Below are positions 9,654 to 18,375 of a DNA stretch of 43,953 bases, one piece after another. Position 1 is the stretch's first letter, and each line of letters opens with the position of its first letter. Location of the stretch: the UHGV virus genome UHGV-0199997; one strand, given 5' to 3'. Position numbers and translations under genes: made by a program. Origin of the DNA: a virus. The notes beneath the pieces are model-generated. The model had not been told where the DNA came from and did no database searches. It was given only the letters and a program-made list of their open reading frames with translations.

Positions 9654-11074
9654 TTCTTACCTCGTCTCTTCATGTAGTTAAGCAACTCTTCCTGCACCGA
9701 TTTCTTCTCATCAGTACGCGCGGCAACAACCTCGTCAAGAGTGTCTTTGGCAACGATATGATAGAGGAACACCGGGCGCTCGTGGCCTGCCTGTTTCTGG
9801 CGGACTGGGCCTATGCGCTCGACAACCTGCAAATAGTGCTCAAGGTTCCACCCTGGCGAAATAAACGCCAGATGATGCCCGCCGTCCTGTAAATTGAGGC
9901 CGTGGCCCGCCGACGCAGGATGCACGCATAAGATTTCGATTTCGCCGCGGTTCCACGCTTCCATCTGCTTATTACCCTTAGCGCCTTTGGCGAACGCCTG
10001 CGCCTGCGGGAATCGTTTAAGGATGCGCTCCAGTTCATGCTTGAACTGATAGGCGACTAGCAACGGTGCACCCTGCAACTCTTCCACAATGGACTCCAGT
10101 GCGTCCAGTTTCGTGTCGTGCACTTTCTCCCAGTCTTTCGTTGCTTCGCCGTCCGGCCCTGACACATACACGGCACCGGATGCAATCTGAAGGCACTTAG
10201 ATGTCTTCGCCGCCGCGTTAGCCGCTTCAACTTCCCCGCTCTCCAGCTCCGCGAATAGCTTCTCCTCCATATCGATGTACGCCTGACGTGCTTTCTTCGG
10301 CAGGTCGATTTCAACCGGTACGATAATCGGCGCTTCACATCCGAACCACTCGGCGGCGTCAATCGTGAGACTAATGTCCTTCATCTTCTGGTGAATCTCG
10401 GTATCCGCCCCCGGGCGGGCATGGTACTCGCGTGCCATCGCCGACTTACCTTTCTGTACCGAGTTAAACCAGCGGTCTGTGAATGCCGTGTATGAAGACC
10501 CCAAGCGCTCTCCTGCGTCGATAAACCAGTTCTGGCCCCACAAGTCCTTGAGGCCGTTCGGTGATGGTGTGCCAGTCAGGTTGATAAAACGCTTAACCTT
10601 ACCGAAAGCAACCTTGCTAAGAGCCTTTGCGCGCTTGCTTCCACCTGAACGGCTGCGGAACGATTTAAGCTTCGTGCTTTCATCGGCAACGATAACCGTA
10701 AAAGGCCAGTCGTCTTTGCCGTAGTAGTCAATCAGCCACTCGATAACTTCGTAGTTTGTGCACACCACGTTAGCGTCTGACTCCAGTGCCGCGATGCGAC
10801 GCCTCTCGCTACCTGTTGCATCTACGACACTCAGGCATGGAAATCGCCATTTCTCTTGTTCTGCGGGCCATGTGCCGGATGCGACGCGCAACGGAGCGAG
10901 GATTAACACGCGGTCGTCGTCCGTAAGCTGCCCGTTGCGGAACAGTCTGTTTAACGTCCACAGTACGCTGCCAGTCTTCCCGGCACCCATGCTTGCCCAT
11001 ATGTTGCAGCGATGGTGCCGCAACATGAACGAGGTAATGAGCTTCTGGTACTCGCGCCTTTGAAACTTACTCAT
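9650..11074 (-). CDS. SNF2/DEAD-like superfamily II helicase
   Basis: Walker A in ASMGAGKTGS, DEAH-type box in IVADESTKLK, C-terminal helicase motifs. Confidence 0.85.
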   Translation of the reverse strand: MSKFQRREYQKLITSFMLRHHRCNIWASMGAGKTGSVLWTLNRLFRNGQLTDDDRVLILAPLRVASGTWPAEQEKWRFPCLSVVDATGSERRRIAALESDANVVCTNYEVIEWLIDYYGKDDWPFTVIVADESTKLKSFRSRSGGSKRAKALSKVAFGKVKRFINLTGTPSPNGLKDLWGQNWFIDAGERLGSSYTAFTDRWFNSVQKGKSAMAREYHARPGADTEIHQKMKDISLTIDAAEWFGCEAPIIVPVEIDLPKKARQAYIDMEEKLFAELESGEVEAANAAAKTSKCLQIASGAVYVSGPDGEATKDWEKVHDTKLDALESIVEELQGAPLLVAYQFKHELERILKRFPQAQAFAKGAKGNKQMEAWNRGEIEILCVHPASAGHGLNLQDGGHHLAFISPGWNLEHYLQVVERIGPVRQKQAGHERPVFLYHIVAKDTLDEVVAARTDEKKSVQEELLNYMKRRGKK

Positions 11075-11903
11075 TTACAGCCCCCATGAACGCCTTTATA
11101 AATTCAGCGGCTACTTGCGGGACGATGGCATTGCCGTAACCGCGCAATCGTCCCACTCTGGCGGGTATCCCATTAGCCAGCGGGAATGTGCCGGGTTCAA
11201 CTGGCCGGAACTTTCCATCCCTGCATCCGAGCCAGTCAGCATCCGACCAGAAGCTGCGATTCGGATTGCCCCCACGAGGTAGCATTGATTGTGCAGATTG
11301 TTCGGGTCTCTTTTTGTTTCCGCCTCGCTGTAGCTGCCGTGACGCGAATTCTGAACCGTCGGCGTCCCCCATGCCGCTTTCAGTCCCTGCTCTGTTGAGT
11401 AGTCCAGCCTGTCGAATGTTCTGTCCTTCCCGTCCTTGCGAATCACTGTCTCTCCGCTCCCTTTGTGATCGTTCGCTGTCGGTGTCGGCCAGTTGGTACG
11501 CACCAAAGAAGAGTCGTTCTCTTTTATGCGGAGCGCCGACGCTACAAGCTGGGAGTACGGCAAACCCGACGGCGTAGTCTTCTCCTTCCAGGTGAGTTTG
11601 TAAATCGCACATCCACGATTTTGCAATTGCTGGCGCAACCTGTTCCCCAAAGAGGACTGGAGGGTGGCACTCGCTGATGAGGTCGAGGAAGACTGGCGCG
11701 AGGTGTCTCGGGTCGAACTGTCCGAGTTGTTTTCCTGCCGCGCTAAACGGTTGGCAAGGCGGGCTTCCCGTCCAGAGAGGCGTATCTTCCGAAACTCCCG
11801 CAAGTCTGAGCGCGAGAGGCCAGCCGCCGATGCCAGCGAAAAAAATGACACTGGGTGAACCCGTCAAGGTCTTCTGGCTTAACTTCGGTAATGCTTCTTT
11901 CAT
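11067..11903 (-). CDS. DNA (cytosine-5)-methyltransferase, frame-disrupted
   Basis: This frame carries motif I (FFAGIGGW), motif IV (PPCQPFSAAGK), ENV-like (FGEQV), motif VIII (PHKRERLFF) and motif X (GYGNAIVPQV); the target-recognition region and motif IX lie in an overlapping frame (11111-11851) and the N-terminus in a third frame (11743-11991). Confidence 0.65.
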   Translation of the reverse strand: MKEALPKLSQKTLTGSPSVIFFAGIGGWPLALRLAGVSEDTPLWTGSPPCQPFSAAGKQLGQFDPRHLAPVFLDLISECHPPVLFGEQVAPAIAKSWMCDLQTHLEGEDYAVGFAVLPACSVGAPHKRERLFFGAYQLADTDSERSQRERRDSDSQGREGQNIRQAGLLNRAGTESGMGDADGSEFASRQLQRGGNKKRPEQSAQSMLPRGGNPNRSFWSDADWLGCRDGKFRPVEPGTFPLANGIPARVGRLRGYGNAIVPQVAAEFIKAFMGAVNE

Positions 11904-11991
11904 CTACAACTCCAAAAGGTATGTGACCCTGTTTTATTAATTCACGCAGCCACGCGGCTGCACCTTTATCCCATTCATTGTAATAGTTCAT
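11743..11991 (-). CDS. N-terminal segment of the methyltransferase in an alternate frame
   Basis: ATG 11991 overlaps the TGA of the upstream 63-aa gene (ATGA); reads ...KPEDLDGFTQCHFF and would continue into AGIGGW if the A7 run at 11839-11845 were one base shorter. Confidence 0.4.
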   Translation of the reverse strand: MNYYNEWDKGAAAWLRELIKQGHIPFGVVDERSITEVKPEDLDGFTQCHFFRWHRRLASRAQTCGSFGRYASLDGKPALPTV

Positions 11992-12179
11992 TTGGCCACC
12001 AGAACTAACTCTTTACGCCCGAACGCCGTAACGTTACCTGTTACGTCTTCGATAACCAGTTTGCCGTTCGACTCTACGAACACTGTATCAACGGCAACAG
12101 GACGACGGGTCTTAACGTTGAAAATCATGTCGCCCGGTACGATGTCACGTGCTGGTTTGCGGTCATATTCGTGTTTCAT
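11988..12179 (-). CDS. hypothetical protein (63 aa)
   Basis: ORF with RBS AAGGAATTGAG before the ATG; lies upstream of and is coupled to the methyltransferase N-terminal frame. Confidence 0.5.
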   Translation of the reverse strand: MKHEYDRKPARDIVPGDMIFNVKTRRPVAVDTVFVESNGKLVIEDVTGNVTAFGRKELVLVAK

Positions 12180-12209
12180 TTCTCAATTCCTTATATTGTT
12201 GGTGTAGGA

Positions 12210-12494
12210 CTAACTATAGTAGTTCGCTATTAGGTCGTCAACCTGTTTGAACGAACCAACGACAAAAACATTTGCACCACGTTTGCGCATCCGCTCGTGC
12301 TCTCGTAACTGGTGCGGGTCAGGCTTCGTGCTTTCGTCTTTCTTAACCTCGACGAACCAGATGATGCCGCCGGGGAGAATTACCAGCAGGTCAGGAGCGC
12401 CGGAGCGCCCCTCGTAGGAAAGTTTACGAACGAGGCCACCAATGGCCTCGAATCGCTCTTTTGCGTATTTCTGTATTTTTCCTTCCGGGGTCAC
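12210..12494 (-). CDS. VRR-NUC domain nuclease
   Basis: 94-aa protein with the PD-(D/E)xK-like pattern GAPDLLVIL...FVEVKK...Q typical of VRR-NUC. Confidence 0.65.
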   Translation of the reverse strand: MTPEGKIQKYAKERFEAIGGLVRKLSYEGRSGAPDLLVILPGGIIWFVEVKKDESTKPDPHQLREHERMRKRGANVFVVGSFKQVDDLIANYYS

Positions 12495-12685
12495 AGCAAA
12501 GGCTCCGCATCCGGGTTACGCAGGAAGTACGCTTGATAGATGTCGTGTTCTGAATAGTAAACGCCTTTGTGCGTACACCCGGCACAAACGTCACTAAAGA
12601 ACCCATCACCCATTACCATGATAAATTCCCATTCTGGCATATCCACCAACGCAGCTAGTTTCTTACTAAATGGTTTGTTGCTCAT
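12491..12685 (-). CDS. hypothetical protein
   Basis: ORF track 12491-12694 opens at GTG; the internal ATG at 12685 is preceded by RBS AGAGGGG. Confidence 0.45.
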   Translation of the reverse strand: MSNKPFSKKLAALVDMPEWEFIMVMGDGFFSDVCAGCTHKGVYYSEHDIYQAYFLRNPDAEPLL

Positions 12686-12767
12686 AATACGCACCCCTCT
12701 CGTTTTGTATGCTCAATACCACAGCGCGGACAGATTCGGCAGTCTTCTTCATAAAACCAGTAAATTT

Positions 12768-12899
12768 TCATTCCAGCACCCACAGATAAATTGCGATGAA
12801 CATGCCCAGTACGGCGACAATCATGCCGTATTGGCCCTCGTGACAGTAGACACCGGCGGCAAATCCCGCCAGTACCGCGATAATCAGTTTACTTAGCAT
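12768..12899 (-). CDS. small hydrophobic membrane peptide (43 aa), not in the ORF track
   Basis: MLSKLIIAVLAGFAAGVYCHEGQYGMIVAVLGMFIAIYLWVLE; the start overlaps the 3' end of the DNA polymerase gene. Confidence 0.3.
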   Translation of the reverse strand: MLSKLIIAVLAGFAAGVYCHEGQYGMIVAVLGMFIAIYLWVLE

Positions 12900-15072
12900 A
12901 GCGCTTCATCTCCGCACCTTCCGCCACAAGAGGGAACCCCTCTGCCCACTCCGGTAATTCGCACATCAACCGCTCAAGCTCTGCAACATTGTATTCCGGT
13001 AAATCTGGCGTCTCGCAGATAATCTCATCGTGAACATGAAGTACAATCGGGTAGCCGTTTGCCTCTACGTTCAGCAGCGCATTAGCCAGCAAATCACGGC
13101 ACAGCGCCTGCGTGCAGTTTTCCACCAGTTTACCGGAGTAGGTGTACTGAAAGCCCCACTGACGGGTTAGCTGATTTTCACCCTGATACTTGATGCGGAC
13201 GTTAGTAGACACTTTTCCATCTTCGTCTGTCTCTTTCGACACGCTTAACCCAACACCCGGATAAGACATAACACGACCCGACGGCAGCGTCATACGCAAC
13301 CACCAACCGGCGACTTTGTTGCCGTTGTTGTCTGTCTCCACGTTACGCGAAAACTTAACTCCCCGCGGCCCTGCGGTGAACTCTTTACCTGGATTGCGAA
13401 TAGCTGCCATAGCCGCATCTTCAATATCTCGCCAGAAAGCTACGGTTTCCGGGTGGGACTCACGCCACATGCGTTTGATAGCGTCACAGGTACGCCACAC
13501 TTTCTTATCAAGAATATATGATGGTCGGTCATCTTTTTCACCTGGCCGCGGAGGCCGCTTGGCTTCCTGAATACGCGCCCACTCATATCCACGCGCGGTA
13601 GCGGCCCAGATGTGGTCGGGGAAAGTACCGTCCATTGTTTTAGCCATATCAACAAGGTCAAGGCCGAGGTTCTTAGCAAACTGAACGAAAGCACCTACAC
13701 CGCCTGCGTAGCCGAGGCCCAATTCGCAGGCTTTACCAATCTGCCGTAAGTCTTTACGTTCTTTCTTAATGTAATCCGGCTCCATGCCAAACATCTTACC
13801 TGCGGTTACGCAGTAAATATCCAGCCCAGCACGGAACGTATCTAACGCGGTTTCTTCCCCCGCCAGCCACGCGAGACCGCGGCCTTCAACGTTAGAGTAA
13901 TCGGCAACGACAAACTTATGCCCGGCTTCCGGGATAATGCAGCTACGAACCGTCGATGCCGTCAGCTTGGCTACATCGAAACGGCGGTGCGCGCGGCCCT
14001 TAAGTAACGCTGAAATGCCTTTATCCAGTTCATCATCATCATGGTAATACCCGCGCGCCAGGTTCTGCGGCTGGAAGCCTTTACCCGCAAACCGTAACGT
14101 ACGCTTTGCCCCACCGTACTGGATGCAACCGCGGCGTCGGTCGTCAGAAGAGCGGCCTAACAGCAGCGGGTTATATTTCGTTGACGCCGTGGACGCGGCC
14201 CCGAGGCGCATTTCGATAATCGTGCGGGCGTCGTCCGGTAAATCATCATCCGCCAGCAGGTCATTCAGCGTCGACTTCTGCGCATTGTGGATGCGGTGCG
14301 CGGGTGCGAGTTCACGCAGAATCGGAAGGAAGTCTTTACCGGTAAGCGAGCCGCCGTATTTGCGCTGTGCTTCTTCCTGTAACTGCGCTTTATGTTTCTC
14401 CACGGCTTCAATCGCGGCTTCCGCCAGCGCGACGTCAACCTTAAACCCTCGGTCATTGATTAACTGGTCCAGTTCCAGTACGCGGTCCTCGAACTCAGAG
14501 TTACCCCACCGCGGTAGCTTATGGAAAACTTCACGCATCGCAGTGATGTCGCTCACGGCGTACTTGATGAATAGCGCCCACTCGTCCGGGTGTGTTTCGG
14601 CGGTGTAACGGCGGATTTTGTAGTTCTTCGGCGTAGGTTTAGAAAAACGCTGAATCAGTGCCTTGCCGCGTTTATCTTTCGCGTTGTCCGCGGATACGCC
14701 CAGCACTTCGCACAGCGCATCGAGAGAACCCGGCAGCGCGTGACGAAACGCCCAAATCATCGTATCAATGGTGTTGCTTACCGGAATATCAAAGCCCCAG
14801 CAGTGCTTCATGATGAGCCTATCGAAAAGTCCACCGTTGTGCCACACCATCTTAATTCGGCTGTTTGGCTTCACCAGACGGCGTAACACGCGGTGCAAAT
14901 CCCCCGGCATGTCGCTGCCGTCCGTGCAATCCCACACCTGCACAGGCTCGTCATCGAAAGCATAGGTACAGATTAACACTTCGGTTGACGGGTGTTCGGC
15001 GTAAGCGTAGGAACCGACTTTCTTTAAATCGGCTTCGGAGAATGTTTCAAAGTCTAAGAACAGGTAACTCAT
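12889..15072 (-). CDS. DNA polymerase, family A (Pol I / T7-like) with 3'-5' exonuclease domain
   Basis: 727 aa; Exo I motif in LFLDFETFS at the N-terminus and a Pol A-type polymerase domain. Confidence 0.9.
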   Translation of the reverse strand: MSYLFLDFETFSEADLKKVGSYAYAEHPSTEVLICTYAFDDEPVQVWDCTDGSDMPGDLHRVLRRLVKPNSRIKMVWHNGGLFDRLIMKHCWGFDIPVSNTIDTMIWAFRHALPGSLDALCEVLGVSADNAKDKRGKALIQRFSKPTPKNYKIRRYTAETHPDEWALFIKYAVSDITAMREVFHKLPRWGNSEFEDRVLELDQLINDRGFKVDVALAEAAIEAVEKHKAQLQEEAQRKYGGSLTGKDFLPILRELAPAHRIHNAQKSTLNDLLADDDLPDDARTIIEMRLGAASTASTKYNPLLLGRSSDDRRRGCIQYGGAKRTLRFAGKGFQPQNLARGYYHDDDELDKGISALLKGRAHRRFDVAKLTASTVRSCIIPEAGHKFVVADYSNVEGRGLAWLAGEETALDTFRAGLDIYCVTAGKMFGMEPDYIKKERKDLRQIGKACELGLGYAGGVGAFVQFAKNLGLDLVDMAKTMDGTFPDHIWAATARGYEWARIQEAKRPPRPGEKDDRPSYILDKKVWRTCDAIKRMWRESHPETVAFWRDIEDAAMAAIRNPGKEFTAGPRGVKFSRNVETDNNGNKVAGWWLRMTLPSGRVMSYPGVGLSVSKETDEDGKVSTNVRIKYQGENQLTRQWGFQYTYSGKLVENCTQALCRDLLANALLNVEANGYPIVLHVHDEIICETPDLPEYNVAELERLMCELPEWAEGFPLVAEGAEMKRYAK

Positions 15073-15086
15073 TATTTTCGACCCTT

Positions 15087-15112
15087 AGTAAAAAGGCCCA
15101 ATGAAGGGCCTT
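15087..15112 (-). terminator. rho-independent terminator or attenuator between the SSB-like and polymerase genes
   Basis: GGCCC-AATGAA-GGGCC hairpin followed on the minus strand by a U tract (plus-strand AAAA at 15091-15094). Confidence 0.45.
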
Positions 15113-15131
15113 AGTTAAATTGATTCAGATA

Positions 15132-15761
15132 TTAACGGCGACGACGTTCGCGACGTGGTGCGTCATCTTCTTCGTCGTCTTCAAGGTCGTCGGTGCTCGC
15201 TACTACACTGGAGCCTCCGAAGCGTTTACCTTCTCCCATATACTTGATACCAAGGATGGTAGCGCACAGGTTTTTCCAATCTTTGTGCCACCATAATTCT
15301 ACAGATACGTTTGCTACACAACCGCTATAAACCTGCTCCCCTTCTACTTCCTTCCCGTCGATGTTGAAATCAGGCTCGGTTTGTTTTTCACCTTTAGCCG
15401 ATGTCATAATCACCGGTTGGCGGTTGTTAGTAGCACGGAAGTACAGACCTTCTTCAAAATCCTCAATCGGATTGTCGCGCATTGCCAGGTCGCGGACGCA
15501 GCATTTGTCTGCGTGGTGGTCTGCACCGTAGTTGGCCTTCATCCATTTCTCAGCAGCAGCAGCCCCGATTGCCTCTGTTACAACTTCCATAGCGGTATCG
15601 TAAAGCGCATCAATTTGAGGATGGTCCGGCTGCATAAGAACAGTAACCTGATATTTACCCTTAATCAGTTTACCGGTTTTCTTGTCCTCAGAGTCGGCAG
15701 CACGTTCAAATACATTAACCCATGCAGTGTTTACTTTACGCAGATTCAGCTTAATACCCAT
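15132..15761 (-). CDS. putative ssDNA-binding protein (phage SSB-like)
   Basis: 209-aa protein with an acidic C-terminal tail (DDLEDDEEDD), located between the exonuclease and polymerase genes; the family assignment is tentative. Confidence 0.45.
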   Translation of the reverse strand: MGIKLNLRKVNTAWVNVFERAADSEDKKTGKLIKGKYQVTVLMQPDHPQIDALYDTAMEVVTEAIGAAAAEKWMKANYGADHHADKCCVRDLAMRDNPIEDFEEGLYFRATNNRQPVIMTSAKGEKQTEPDFNIDGKEVEGEQVYSGCVANVSVELWWHKDWKNLCATILGIKYMGEGKRFGGSSVVASTDDLEDDEEDDAPRRERRRR

Positions 15762-15852
15762 CTTGATTTCTCGCTTTTAAGTTTCGTTTACTCCGGGAAC
15801 TGCCCGGCCAGTGGTTAGAAATATAATAGCTAACTATTCAGGTGTCAACACT

Positions 15853-17100
15853 TTATTCCAAATCTTCTTCACTAACCCGATTCCACTCAGGCCGTTTGTC
15901 GTCGGCTGTTGCGACGCATGGCGCCCCCCGCTTGCGTGTGATGAAGTCTTTCAGTTCTTCTTCCGGTATTACTTTAACCGCTTCGGTCGGTGTCATGAGC
16001 ACTACCTTTTGCAGCATAGTACCGTACTTCTCGAATACTGCATCGGCATCTTTCCACGCACGATTACCTGGGCGGCCCTCGACCAGCTTGTACCCCGGCA
16101 CTTTCTTACCGGAATGCAACGCGACCGCCATAGCTTTCTCAACCTTGTCGATGTGCTGGCGCAACAACGGCAACTTCTCGTACTCAGATACGAGTTGCTC
16201 TGGTGTCAGTTCCAGTGCAAAGTCGTCTTCCAGTTCTTCCGCCAGTACCGCGTTAACTGTTTTTGTACGCGCGGCGCACTGTTCAGAGAAACGACACCAC
16301 TGACAACCATCGACCGACGGCTTGAAGTCCGACGCTTTCAGGTTCTTCTTGCCACGGAAATACGCATCAAGAGCCAACAGCGCGCGTTTTTGTGCGAACT
16401 TAGCGAACAGTTCCAGACCTTCAACCGAGATATCCCACTCCGACGCACCTCCGGCATACGGCTGGAAGATGGCCAGACGAACCATGGTGATGTTATAGCG
16501 TCTCTTGAGTCGGCGATAAACACCGAGAGCGTAAAGCATAAGCTGCTTGTTTTCTTTCGCTTCGACGCGATGTCTCCCGGTTTTAAGGTCGCCGATAATG
16601 AGCATTGCTGAGTTACTTTCACCCGTAAAGCCTTCTATAACCGCCACTAAGTCGGCGGTTCCGAACGTCTCAACACCTTCATAGCCCGGATGCAATACCT
16701 CAGTAAGATTGACGCGCATTTCCAGCTTAGCGTAAGTCGCTACATCGATAATAGCTTTGCAGTAGTCGGTGTACTTGCGCACCTGCTCAATCATGTCAGC
16801 TGTAATCAGTACCGCGCCTTTCATCGGACTGATTAGCGCCTTAATATGGCCTTTACCATCATCCAGAACATACGCACCTACTTCACGCTCTAACGGCAGC
16901 GCAGTTCCGCGAATATAGGCGTTGAGATGTACCTCAGCTATGGTGTGGCACGCGGTCCCTGTAACGGCGGCTTTACCCGACGTGTTAGGAATATCTTTTT
17001 CACAGGCTAGCGATGCACTGCACGTCAGCCACTTCTTAGCACCTGACGGCGACAGTAGGGCGTGCACATCGTTATTACCACCGCGTTCTTTTAGAATCAT
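15853..17100 (-). CDS. PD-(D/E)xK exonuclease, Cas4-like
   Basis: N-terminal LSPSGAKKWLTCSAS motif and C-terminal cysteine cluster (DGCQWCRFSEQC); ATG 17100 overlaps the upstream stop (ATGA). The track start is 17115. Confidence 0.7.
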   Translation of the reverse strand: MILKERGGNNDVHALLSPSGAKKWLTCSASLACEKDIPNTSGKAAVTGTACHTIAEVHLNAYIRGTALPLEREVGAYVLDDGKGHIKALISPMKGAVLITADMIEQVRKYTDYCKAIIDVATYAKLEMRVNLTEVLHPGYEGVETFGTADLVAVIEGFTGESNSAMLIIGDLKTGRHRVEAKENKQLMLYALGVYRRLKRRYNITMVRLAIFQPYAGGASEWDISVEGLELFAKFAQKRALLALDAYFRGKKNLKASDFKPSVDGCQWCRFSEQCAARTKTVNAVLAEELEDDFALELTPEQLVSEYEKLPLLRQHIDKVEKAMAVALHSGKKVPGYKLVEGRPGNRAWKDADAVFEKYGTMLQKVVLMTPTEAVKVIPEEELKDFITRKRGAPCVATADDKRPEWNRVSEEDLE

Positions 17101-17369
17101 ACTCTGCTCTCCCACTGGTCAATTAAATGTCGCGTCTTATGGTCGCAGTGCATCGCCCACCCGTACATCGACTCGAAGACATAAAAGTCAGGTTTGGCGA
17201 AAGTCGTGCGTTTAATCTGCGACACATGACGGCCTATATCTTTATGCCGTGGTACTTTGCCTAAGTATGCCATCTCTTCCATCTGGTGCGCACCTGACGT
17301 CGCACGCAATAGCCACAACGCCTCGGTGTTATCCCGCCTGTCTACGGCGCGGTAGAGTTGGTAAATCAT
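17097..17369 (-). CDS. hypothetical protein (90 aa)
   Basis: ORF translationally coupled to the exonuclease gene. Confidence 0.45.
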   Translation of the reverse strand: MIYQLYRAVDRRDNTEALWLLRATSGAHQMEEMAYLGKVPRHKDIGRHVSQIKRTTFAKPDFYVFESMYGWAMHCDHKTRHLIDQWESRV

Positions 17370-17412
17370 AATTCCGACCCTCAGTTAAAGCGGCCCGAAG
17401 GCCGCGAGATAG

Positions 17413-17883
17413 TTATTCTTCTTCGAAATACTTGTTCTTGATTGCTGTCAAGCGTTCCAGGTATTCAGCCAGGTCTTCGTCTTTAATCGCAGCAATCTTC
17501 ATCTTCTTGCCGGTGAACTCTTCCAGCAGTTCATCTGAATCATCGCACGCGGCATCGCTAGGACCTTCGTTAATAGCATCGTCGATAGCCTGAATCTGGT
17601 CACGCAGAGACTGGTAATCTACCTCTTCCTTCTCTTCTTCCGGCTCTGGCGTTGGTTCCTCTACTTTAGCTTTACGCGGCTTGCGTTTCGGCTTCTCTTC
17701 TTCTGCCGGTTTAGTGTCGACGATGTCTTCACCTTCGACCGGGATTTCTTTTGTTGCTTCTTTTACAACATTAGGCTCAATTGTTGCGGTTTCAGCAACG
17801 ACAACTTGTTTCGCACTGTTCGCAGCAATCAGTTCATGTGCAACTACGAAACGTTCCAGTAATACTAAGAATTTCTCTAACAT
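17413..17883 (-). CDS. acidic hypothetical protein
   Basis: 156 aa with a Glu/Pro/Lys-rich low-complexity centre; RBS GAGGAGAG; first gene of the leftward operon, divergent from the XRE gene. Confidence 0.5.
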   Translation of the reverse strand: MLEKFLVLLERFVVAHELIAANSAKQVVVAETATIEPNVVKEATKEIPVEGEDIVDTKPAEEEKPKRKPRKAKVEEPTPEPEEEKEEVDYQSLRDQIQAIDDAINEGPSDAACDDSDELLEEFTGKKMKIAAIKDEDLAEYLERLTAIKNKYFEEE

Positions 17884-17916
17884 TTGTTTCTCTCCTCTCG
17901 TTTGGTATGCACTAAC

Positions 17917-17935
17917 TATAATAGCTAACTATTCA
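17917..17935 (+). promoter_or_regulatory. palindromic operator-like element in a divergent promoter region
   Basis: TATAATAGCTAACTATTCA contains AATAG-N4-CTATT; a near copy lies at 15821-15840; sits between the divergent genes at 17883 (-) and 18009 (+). Confidence 0.35.
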
Positions 17936-18008
17936 TTATGTCAATGGGCTTTTCTAAAATAATTAATATGGTACTATTCACATATCAACTGACTAAGGAG
18001 TAATTGAC

Positions 18009-18224
18009 ATGCAACCATCTGAACTAGGCATCCGTGTAGAACAACGCCGTAAAGAACTCGGTATCTCCCAGCGCCGTCTGGCGGTCCTGGCCGGTGTTTC
18101 CCAGGGCGCGATTAACCAGCTGGCACTTGGAGTAACTCAGGACGTCCGCCCGGCGACGCTGTTCAAGCTGGCGGAAGTGCTGGAAGTAGACGCCAAGTGG
18201 CTGGCGTTCGGTGAAGGGGCTTAA
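18009..18224 (+). CDS. XRE-family HTH transcriptional regulator (Cro/CI-like)
   Basis: 71 aa; HTH core ISQRRLAVLAGVSQGAINQL. Confidence 0.8.
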   Translation: MQPSELGIRVEQRRKELGISQRRLAVLAGVSQGAINQLALGVTQDVRPATLFKLAEVLEVDAKWLAFGEGA

Positions 18225-18238
18225 CGCCCCTTTCTTTT
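18216..18238 (+). terminator. rho-independent terminator
   Basis: GGGGC-TTAAC-GCCCC hairpin followed by TTTCTTTT; the XRE stop codon lies in the loop. Confidence 0.6.
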
Positions 18239-18264
18239 CATTCCTCTACGGCTTTCTCGCATAA

Positions 18265-18375
18265 TCACTCGAGAAACGAAACAAGACCGCAGATTAAATC
18301 CTCAGAAACAATAAATTGGCCGTCATCTTCCTGTTCGCACTGCTTCAACTCAGCAATTAACTGTTCAGCGTTCAT
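18265..18375 (-). CDS. small ORF (36 aa), not in the ORF track
   Basis: MNAEQLIAELKQCEQEDDGQFIVSEDLICGLVSFLE; ATGA overlap with the stop of the 753-aa replication gene. Confidence 0.3.
   Translation of the reverse strand: MNAEQLIAELKQCEQEDDGQFIVSEDLICGLVSFLE

Noticed and set aside
11111-11851. 246-aa minus-strand ORF as an independent gene.
   Set aside because: Its protein-like portion carries methyltransferase recognition-domain and motif IX signatures and its N-terminal half looks like out-of-frame translation; treated as a fragment of the frame-disrupted methyltransferase.
15811-16611. 266-aa plus-strand ORF (and nested 15842-16303).
   Set aside because: Lies entirely antisense to the Cas4-like exonuclease gene, with low-complexity out-of-frame-like composition and no RBS; most likely a shadow ORF in GC-rich coding sequence.
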